Assembly: GCF_001194135.2 (NCBI RefSeq)
Contig: NC_068987.1
Coordinates: forward strand, 32,858,256-32,904,321
Source of the DNA: Octopus bimaculoides
Lineage: Eukaryota
DNA length: 46,066 nt
Direction of reading: 5' to 3'
Made by a program: the position numbers and the translations under genes. The notes beneath the pieces are model-generated. The model was given only the letters and a program-made list of their open reading frames with translations, made no database searches and was not told the origin of the DNA. Positions 37,369 through 46,066 of the stretch are shown here, one piece after another (position 1 is the first letter of the stretch; every line of letters begins with the position of its first letter).

Positions 37369-37864
37369 CACGGTCTTTCTCTATCAACCATTTATAATAT
37401 ACTAAACGGGAACCGAGGAATGCTTTACGTTGATCCTGCGAGAAAGTGCAGTACCACGACTGAGGTATGGTAACAGTAATTGGTGAACGTGCTACCCAAA
37501 ACAGGGTTTAGATACTACACCTTACAATCTCCTATCTTAACTTTAATTTAAAATATAACTATATAATATTATATATATNNNNNNNNNNNNNNNNNNNNNN
37601 NNNNNNNNNNNNNNNNNNNNNNNNNNNNNNNNNNNNNNNNNNNNNNNNNNNNNNNNNNNNNNNNNNNNNNNNNNNNNNNNNNNNNNNNNNNNNNNNNNNN
37701 NNNNNNNNNNNNNNNNNNNNNNNNNNNNNNNNNNNNNNNNNNNNNNNNNNNNNNNNNNNNNNNNNNNNNNNNNNNNNNNNNNNNNNNNNNNNNNNNNNNN
37801 NNNNNNNNNNNNNNNNNNNNNNNNNNNNNNNNNNNNNNNNNNTGTGTGTGTGTGTGTGTGTGTG

Positions 37865-38120
37865 TGTTTATATATAAAAAATACAAAATGGGACAAGAAA
37901 TCAAAACATCCAGATAGACGATACAAAAAAACGAGGACGGATCATTCGGAGTTTTCTTTCCTCAGTCGAGTTATCTTTGCAATTTCGGCTGGTTATACTC
38001 AAGATTGCTCCAATCTGGGTAGCCCCAAGGAAAAACTAAGCTAAGACCATTAGATTCCTTGGAAGAAAGTACCGAATGTATACGAATACAAGGACGGGAA
38101 AAAAAACGGAGCATCCGTGC
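37865..38120 (-). mobile_element. dispersed repeat, possibly a Penelope-like 3' end
   Basis: Minus strand ...NQPKLQR* followed by CTGAGGAAAGAAAACTCCGAA. AGGACGG recurs at both ends. Assignment from recollection only. Confidence 0.35.
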
Positions 38121-38324
38121 AACATCTGTATTCCTCCCTGTGTCTGTGAAAACTTGTATCCCCGCCGTAAGGCTTTACTTGAACACAGGTCAGCTTAATT
38201 TAATTCGTCCTTAGTCGAAAGTCACCTGTTGTTACGTCCTGTTATTTGTATTTGTAACATTCTCCATTTTCTTTTTCTCTTAGACCCCGTGAAGTGTTCT
38301 GGAGAGGTCTAACCGCAGCAGTCT

Positions 38325-39110
38325 TCTTTCAGCATCGGTGGTCGATTCTCTTAATCGAGTCGTACAATTCGGTACACCTTATAGCGCAGATGATCAACAC
38401 AACCTTATGATGCCTTCGTCGAAAAATCACATAGTCAAGAAAATGCCAAGATACGGATCGAGGACGTATCCACCAGACGTTGTAAATAGTTGGGAGCTGG
38501 AAAACTGTGTTGATAATGATCAGTTCATGTTGAGAACAGAGAGTTAGAAGACGAAGGCCATTGCTGTTACTTTTCTCAACACCATGATCACCAATAATAA
38601 CACCGGGCCACAGGAGAAGACTTTTAACAACCCTGACATTGAAATCTTTTAGCAGAATGATCTTATCAGACTTGGGTATCTTTTGGATGACGTTATCTAG
38701 GGACATATCCTTGGCTTCTTCAGGAGAGTCTAAGGTAAGCTCATAGGCACTGATGATGGTGACATATTGGTCTTTGGAGTGAGCAAGTTGCAAGTAATGA
38801 GCGAGTTGCAAGTGATACAGTCCGAGAGGGAGTTCTCCCAGCGTACTTGCAATGGCAGTTTTCAAGTTAATGGCCACTCCATGAGTTCTATCGTCGCCAT
38901 CGGGGGAACCCATCCAGCAGAATGTGTATCCGTCTCCATTTCATTAAGAGAGCTTTCCTCTGAGAAGCCCGTCTCGTTAAGGGCCGCTATGTTGACGTTG
39001 TTGTGTTTAAGCTGCGATGCAACCAAAGCAATCCTCTGACGGTGTGAATCTTAAGAAGGTCAAGTTAGGTTGTGCTATTCCAGGAAGCAATTGACGGATT
39101 TCTCGAAGTT
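38325..39110 (-). mobile_element. RTE-clade LINE, apurinic-like endonuclease (APE) domain pseudogene
   Basis: IASWN, NVNIAALNETG, GYTFCW, TIISAY, DKIILLKDFNVRV, HGVEKSNSNGLRLLTLC, NTVFQLP, PRSVSWHFLDYVI, IDHR. Confidence 0.93.
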
Positions 39111-39594
39111 TCGACACTCTTAGAGGGGTTAACACTCAGGTGAGGTTTTCTGAACAAGGAGAACAGGGAAAGCAGTATTTGGGTCACCTTTTCTAGACCG
39201 TGCATAGGATTGAAGTATGTATTACCTTCCCTAAATAGATACATGGGCATCACTTAAGGCAAGTAGTGTGCTCAGATGCAGACTTCAGCGATTATCATAT
39301 TTATTACGCCATCGTTAAAGCTTCAAGCTAGTGGCTTCGAGAATCATCCATCCTTGCCCCCGTTGCCCTCTGCGATTCACTGATGGACTAGGAAGATTAA
39401 AAAAATAGTGGATGAGAAAAATGAAGAAAGAAGGAAAATGAAAATACAAAGAATTGTATTCAGTGATGAGAAGGTTGCGCAATCCTTCACCGCACAATTT
39501 GACTTTTTCGCGACTGGTTCAATACCAAAGAAGAGATCCGAAATGTCTGGAGTGAGGAACAAGCTGCTGTGTCCACTGTCTGTAGTAGGGCACC

Positions 39595-39726
39595 TATACA
39601 TACATACATACCTACCTACATACATACATACACACATACATACATATATACACACATACATACATACACACATACATACATACCTACCTACCTACCTACA
39701 TACATACATACATGCATACATACATA
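39595..39726. repeat. (TACA/TACC)n tetranucleotide microsatellite
   Basis: Direct reading. Confidence 0.95.
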
Positions 39727-39744
39727 AGAGCGCGTACACAAACA

Positions 39745-39890
39745 CGTACAGTGGGGTTCTTTTAGTGTCTGTTTATTAAATTCACGACAAAGCTTCACTC
39801 GGCCTGTGACTATATTAGAAGATAGTTGCTGCGCAATGGGACTGAATTCAAGACCCCATCGATAACAAAAGCAAACTTCTTAACCATGCA
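39745..39890 (-). mobile_element. SINE head (family of 6221-6360)
   Basis: Minus strand TGGTTAAGAAGTTTGCTTT...TTCAGTCCCATTGCG...TATAGTCACAGGCCGAGTGAAGCTTTGT. Confidence 0.7.
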
Positions 39891-39912
39891 GCCACCTCAG
39901 AGTATGTGTGTT

Positions 39913-39945
<33 letters not shown>

Positions 39946-40241
39946 NNNNNNNNNNNNNNNNNNNNNNNNNNNNNNNNNNNNNNNNNNNNNNNNNNNNNNN
40001 NNNNNNNNNNNNNNNNNNNNNNNNNNNNNNNNNNNNNNNNNNNNNNNNNNNNNNNNNNNNNNNNNNNNNNNNNNNNNNNNNNNNNNNNNNNNNNNNNNNN
40101 NNNNNNNNNNNNNNNNNNNNNNNNNNNNNNNNNNNNNNNNNNNNNNNNNNNNNNNNNNNNNNNNNNNNNNNNNNNNNNNNNNNNNNNNNNNNNNNNNNNN
40201 NNNNNNNNNNNNNNNNNNNNNNNNNNNNNNNNNNNNNNNNN

Positions 40242-40291
40242 TTTTCACCTAGTCGTGTAGGATTTGAAAATCCTACACGACTAGGTGAAAA
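40242..40291. repeat. perfect palindrome, 24-bp arms and 2-nt spacer
   Basis: TTTTCACCTAGTCGTGTAGGATTT-GA-AAATCCTACACGACTAGGTGAAAA. Confidence 0.98.
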
Positions 40292-41143
40292 GCGCCTTAT
40301 TTAATATGTGACATTAATAAAAATCTGTAAATGTACAAACATCTAGTTTTCTGAGTACCTTAATTTTTTTCTATATATATATATATACTCACACAAACAC
40401 GCACTCACACCCACAAACGCCCACAACGTCAACGGCTAGAGCCACGCACACCTATAGTAATATACATCAATAATGTTCTTCATCAATAAATAATGCTATA
40501 AATATTCATTTCAGCACGGTGATAGTCAAGGAAAGAAAGAGAGAGAGAGCGCTTGAGAATGAAAGGATGGTAGAAGTAGGAATCACAAAACTATATAAAA
40601 TATAGACGAAACAAAACACCACCACCATAACCACATCATCAACAACAATAGCAACAACAGCAACGACGTAGACAACAACGATAAAACAAAACCTGTGGAT
40701 TCGATTCTAAGTAGATTCGCTTTCGATAAGATAAATCCCAGGACATTTATTGGAGTCTGTTGTATGTTCCATAGAATACAAGCCTGATGTGCGTCGTAAT
40801 TCGTTTCAATTGGAGACGGGTTGGGAGAGCGAGTAGAGAATAATTGACGTTGTAGGAGGGGGGTGGCAAGGGAAGAAGAAAAGTATGATGGTGAAGTGGC
40901 GACTGTAGAGAAATGTGTGGAGTATTAATTTACATTACCTAATCTTGGCAAATTTATAGGTACATTATTTATATTGGTGGGGAAGAAACTTGAGGGATAG
41001 CGTTAATAGCTGGTAATAGTACTAAGGGCAAACTACTGAAAACATATATATATAGATATACCTAAAAAGACTACACTATAGAGGAAATATCCAGTTTTAC
41101 ATGTTGAATATGATAAGAGTTGCAGGAATACATATGTAATCAT

Positions 41144-41355
41144 TAAGGTAGTGAGCTGGCAGAAACGTTACCATGCCGGAAGAAATGCTTCGCGCAATTT
41201 CGTCAGTCTTACTGTTCTGAGTTCGAATTTAGCCGAGGTCGACTTTGTCTTTCATCTTTTCGGAATCGATAAAATAAGTACCAGTTGAGTACTGGAGTCA
41301 ATGTAATCGATTTGCCCTTTCCCTCGAAATTGATGGCTTGTTCCAAAGTTTGATA
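41144..41355 (+). mobile_element. SINE, apparently full length (GGCAGAAACGTT family)
   Basis: TAAGGTAGTGAGCTGGCAGAAACGTT...GTTCTGAGTTCGAATT...GTCGACTTTG...TAAGTACCAGTTG. Homologous to the 26059-26242 copy. Confidence 0.85.
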
Positions 41356-41534
41356 TCAGTATATATGTATTGATTAAGAAACAAAATTTTGAGCAGTAGT
41401 ACGTATGAGGATTTTAATCATATCGAATTCATCTGCAACTAAATTAGAAAAAGGTAAGAGAGATGTGAGTTAATGTAACGATGAGGGTCACTTATCTATC
41501 TTAGTTCATGAGTATCTGCTTAGGGAAGGGAGAA

Positions 41535-42965
41535 CTTATTCAAAGTTATTTGCTTATATCTTATTATCTCTTTATGTTGCACAGTGTAGGAGCTGAGTTC
41601 ATTGTAAACCCCTTTAGTAGTTTTTGTTATGTTAGGATTGTTATCAGCAAAATTTCTTAGGCCATCATCCTAGGGACGAACTCACAAGCAATATTCATTG
41701 TAGTCAGTTTAAGTGGAGTTGGTGGAATTTCCGATTCCTTGTTTTCTTCTTAAGTTGCTCTTCTAAAAGCATCGACTTTTGTTAGATGAGCTTTGTCTAT
41801 AAAATACTAGTCACTCAATCACATTATCTTCTGTAGATTCTTGCTACCTAATCTCATTTGAAACTGTAGATTTTCTGCCTGTACAAACATTGTAATCCTT
41901 CATCCTATGTCTTAGCTATGCTATCACAGCGTTCATTATGTTAAACTTCTTCCACTAGTCTACAACAGTAGCTTTATCTTTCCAGTCATTGACTTTCATG
42001 AGTTCTTTGAAAGTTCTTGCAAGTAGCTATCGCACATTCATCCATTAAAGAAAATTGATTCTCTCCCATCATATGTAAGTTCACTTAGTGGTTAACGAAT
42101 TCTTTAAAATGGACAATGCTTTGTTGGAAATAATTCTTTGGGGCTGTCATTTTCTACAGTAGTCCAAAACAAGCTTGTAAGCCACTCTTCGAAAAGACTC
42201 TTAGTCATTCATGTGTCCTTTCAAATGCCAAATCAGATTAAATTTTGCATCACTCATGAAAACTCTTATTCTTTAGGAATGATAAACGAGTAGAGGCTTT
42301 ATTTTCAAATAAGCAGATGCATTTCCTCCCAGGAGAAGTGTCGTACAGGTTTTAGGACACTTAAAATCCTGGTGTTGATTCTGCTCGTGAAAAAATGTAA
42401 TAGCGGGTATATGCTACAGAAAAGGGCAGTTTCGTACACATTGTAAATTTGATCTTGCGAGTAGCCCCTTCAGCAATCATTTTCTTCATCTGCTCAGGAT
42501 AATTTGAATTACTTTCTGTATCAGCATTGGCAGCTTAAATTATCATTTTTATGCTGTACAATTTGAAAAGCCAAAAAATGTTTTTCAAATGTTTCCCCTT
42601 TATCAACATATCATCATACAAGCATTTAGCTTTGTAATAATTATCAACATGCTTTTCAGACAAACACATAAAGTCTGATCCTTGATCCATACATTTTGGA
42701 GCCGTTCCATTTCAAGCATCGCATTAAATCAGCAAAACAAAAGAGATACGAGCACTTAACGAAATGGCTTCTTGAGCATTTGATTTCTTTTTCTCTCTAT
42801 TGTGTTCTTTGCGCTGTAGATGCTGCAAACATTAATGTTTTAGAAATGTACCCGATTCTTATTTTCTCTTGTATCCAGTCGTTTTAAAACACTAAGTTAA
42901 ATAGCTCTTGTAATTTCTTTATGGTTCCTCTTCGAACGACTAGTATCAGTTCCACTTGATGTCTT
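41535..42965 (-). mobile_element. Tigger/pogo (CENP-B-like DDE) transposase fossil
   Basis: SKRNHKEIT..LSVLKRLD; MERLQNVWIKDQ; YPEQMKKMIAEG..QDQIYNVYETALF; STPGF..; LLLGGNASAYLKIKPLLVYHS; TKSLFEEW; MDECAIATCK; WKKFNIMNA; FADNNPN; QITLNKF. Confidence 0.9.
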
Positions 42966-43880
42966 CTTCCAAGATACCTTGAATTGTATGTAAAATCCAA
43001 CAGCAGCAGTGACCAATAGTTGTCACCAAAAATAGTTAGTAACAATATCGCCAGGAAAGAACAGTTTCTTATGAGAGCCAACAAATTTTGTCTCTTTCTT
43101 ATGAATGTAAGAATGGAAAAGTATAGATGAAAAGGGAAAGGAATGAGGTGAGAAGAAGTACTGTATCATCACAGGTGGTTAAATGGTAACCAGATTCTCT
43201 TCAGCCATTACACCTCTGAGCGAAGCCATAAATTCTCAACACACCTCATACTCTTTCTTTCTCTCTCCCTCACTCCCTTTCTCATACACACTCCGTTGTA
43301 CCGACATACAACATATGTGGCAACAAACATTGCTACAATGCTGATAATATTGGTGTTATTGTCAGATGAGTATCCTGAAATTGCTGGGCAGCTACTTTCA
43401 TGCAGTTGGCTTTGATATTATTGACTTTGCGATGGTGCGTGTATTGCTGATGCCGGTGGTGGTCATATTTGTTCTTGTTAATTGTATTGTTTTTGGAGTT
43501 TAGATTTAAATCAATCCTCATTAACCTAAGGTTGAAGACATTTCATTCAAGTTTTAAAGTGCGCCTCTGTACCTTATTATCTCATGTCATTGTTGTGTTT
43601 TATTTTAGATGGCGTTGCTTATTTTGTTTAACGTATTATTGCTGTTGTTGTTGTTTGTCTTTAAGGATGGTGGGTTGCTAATGGTGCTGGGTTTTCTTTG
43701 ATTTTGGTTTTAATGCTGTTTCTGTTACTGATGGTAATGGTGGCGTTGAAGGTTGATACATACACGCATGTACGCTCTCAGGCGCATGCACGCACACACA
43801 CAAACACACACAAACACACATAAACACACACACACACACACATATATTTATATATATATATATATATATANNNNNNNNNN

Positions 43881-43912
<32 letters not shown>

Positions 43913-45502
43913 GTAGGGTAGATAAATAGATAGATACTCATGATGACCAAAGAAATTAACGAAACACGCAAACACCCAAACACTCACACACACAAATATC
44001 GCGGGTATAGATTTTGAAATTAAGTATTGTTTGATCTTAGCTGAAACGATGAGAAGCGGCTCTTTTGTAAAAAAAAAAAAAAAGGATTGTTTTTGAAATT
44101 GTTAAAATTAATCTGAGTTTTCGTTAGACCAAAATAGTAGACCGCATCCCGAAACTAATGATGATGCTTATAATTTTCTGAAGCACGATGCCTCTTAATC
44201 TGAGTAGCTGTGACGTAGAAGCTTATACTTAAAAAAATTTGAAGAAATAAAAACCTATCAGCATATCAAATTATCAATGTGGATATTACCAGATCGGAGA
44301 ATAAAACCTACACATGTTGTAGTGCACATTAGCAGTAGGGCCAATTATTTATCAGACATCAAGTACAAAATATGTGGTATATGACGTTTTAAAAAGGGTT
44401 TTACTAAGTAAAGTGTGATGAAAAAAAAAAAAAAAAGTTGCAAGCCAGAAAAATACGTTGAATAGTTATGATTTCAATAACATAAAAAAATGTAATTTGT
44501 TGTGGCATAGTACAAAATAAAACTATATTCATTTAATGGTATACATGTGCTCAAAATGCCACGTGCATTGCAATATAGAAGATACAGAGGAGCTAAGTCA
44601 TAGGTGAGGAACAGAAAAAATAGTTTACCATGAAAAGTAAGGTATAATGCAAATGGAAATATAAAATAGGATAGTGAGCCATTAAATACGCATATTACAT
44701 TATACTACATTATATTCTATTATTGTGTATTATATCACGTTATATTACATCATACGCAGGTAGTTTATATGAATATATTTACGAGACAATTTCAAGTTAG
44801 TGTTCACTGCGGTTCAAAGTAAAATAGTTACTCACAGAATTCACATAATGCTCTTGACAAAATCGAGAGGTAATCATAATAGGGGGAATAATTCATTTAG
44901 TCATATTTGATGGGAATAAAATTAAATTTCATTAAAAGAAAAACTGGCTGCTGATATAAATTATTTTAAAGAAACTTAAGTTTGGAAGGAGGATACCGTT
45001 CCAAATTTTTGTTTCGCAAATGTCCCATGGAGAAACTTATTGTACCACAGTGTATATGGATAGCTATTAGCGCCCAAACGGCTGAGGTTATCGAAGAAGT
45101 TACTATTCAAAAATCTAATAATCTACGATCTGATATATTTGTACGTTTGCTCAATAGATCGTTATATATGGTTCATTGACCAAGTGATCCTTTATAAAAA
45201 GATTTATTATACAAAACAAACCCCAAAAAACAAAAAAAGCAAAAATAACACTTCAGAGTTTGTGTAGTAAACGAAATGTTAGCCATCAACGAATACTTTG
45301 CTGTTCGATAGTTACGTTGTATCGGCAGAATTGAGATTCTATGTCTTTCATTAATGATGAAGGTTAGCAGCAGCATGGTAAAATAACAGCCAGTAACTAC
45401 TTAAGACCACAAGTCGTTTCTGACTAGTATGATGGTGCTATCTCTAGTACTCCACATTGTTAATTAATAATTATTTATTTTTCTGGATTTTTACGCATGG
45501 TA

Positions 45503-45504
<2 letters not shown>

Positions 45505-45575
<71 letters not shown>
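45505..45575. repeat. (TA)n microsatellite
   Basis: Direct reading. Confidence 0.97.
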
Positions 45576-45578
<3 letters not shown>

Positions 45579-45786
45579 TTTCATTTATTTATACGTGTGT
45601 ATTTCTATGATAATGTGAATATTCCTTTATATATGCGTTTCTGTGTACATACAACACGTCAATCCTGTCCAATGTACTGCACATGTATACTCATTGGACA
45701 ACTGAGAAGTAAGGAATTAACGAAGGGGACAGTGTTCAGTTTATTACAAACGATCAAATACGCACAAGAGTTAACATAATCCTCTA

Positions 45787-46066
45787 TGTATGTATGTATG
45801 TATGTATGCATGCATGCATGTATGTATGTATGCATGTATGTATGTATGTATGTATCTATCTATCTATCTATCTACCTATCTATATCTTTACACATATACG
45901 CGCATATGTATATATATATCCTTACACATACGTGCAATTTTTACATACATACGTACATACTTACATACACACACATACAGATGGATACATACATGCATAT
46001 ATGCAAAGCTACATATATATATATGTATACGTATATGCATACATATATATTCATATATATATATGT
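45787..46066. repeat. (TATG)n/(TATC)n and degenerate TA/CA tract
   Basis: Direct reading. Confidence 0.9.

Larger units (their letters stand above)
7104..43880. other. 12 assembly gaps: 7104-7133, 9345-10237, 11554-12143, 13465-14272, 23250-23371, 27443-28412, 29268-29848, 31076-31139, 34428-35284, 37579-37842, 39946-40241, 43871-43880
   Basis: N runs totalling about 5.5 kb, most abutting (TA)n, (GA)n or (GT)n. Confidence 0.99.

Noticed and set aside
37945-37975. Functional hammerhead ribozyme (minus, CTGAGGA...CGAAT)
   Set aside because: GAAT replaces GAAA and stems I-III are not convincing. CTGANGA hits at ~12995, 17710, 18042 and 37252 lack a downstream GAAA and stem.
44982-45200. piggyBac-like TVYMDSY motif or host exon
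   Set aside because: A single short motif. The minus-strand candidate exon has stops in all three frames.

Overview
Eukaryotic, AT-rich, repeat-saturated genomic DNA from a gapped draft assembly (12 N-gaps, about 5.5 kb). The SINE families, MITEs and dense microsatellites look like coleoid cephalopod (Octopus-like) DNA; this is recalled from memory, not searched. No intact host protein-coding gene, structural RNA gene or CRISPR array can be supported, and most listed ORFs are microsatellite or N-gap artefacts. The window is a stack of decayed transposons: a near-full-length HERO-like RLE LINE (minus, ~23.4-27.4 kb) with two nested insertions that have visible target-site duplications; an internally deleted Helitron with an intact 3' end; a non-autonomous Helitron with 466-bp tandem units; a near-complete Tigger/pogo transposase fossil; R4/Dong-like, RTE-like and Penelope (GIY-YIG) fragments; and many SINEs and MITEs. 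The least explained structures are several long inverted repeats: an 848-bp foldback with a 12-bp TSD, a ~460-bp inverted pair 2.6 kb apart with an identity gradient, a ~105-bp outward-facing pair, and a perfect palindrome at a gap edge. Family calls come from manual translation and remembered motifs, and most boundaries are approximate.
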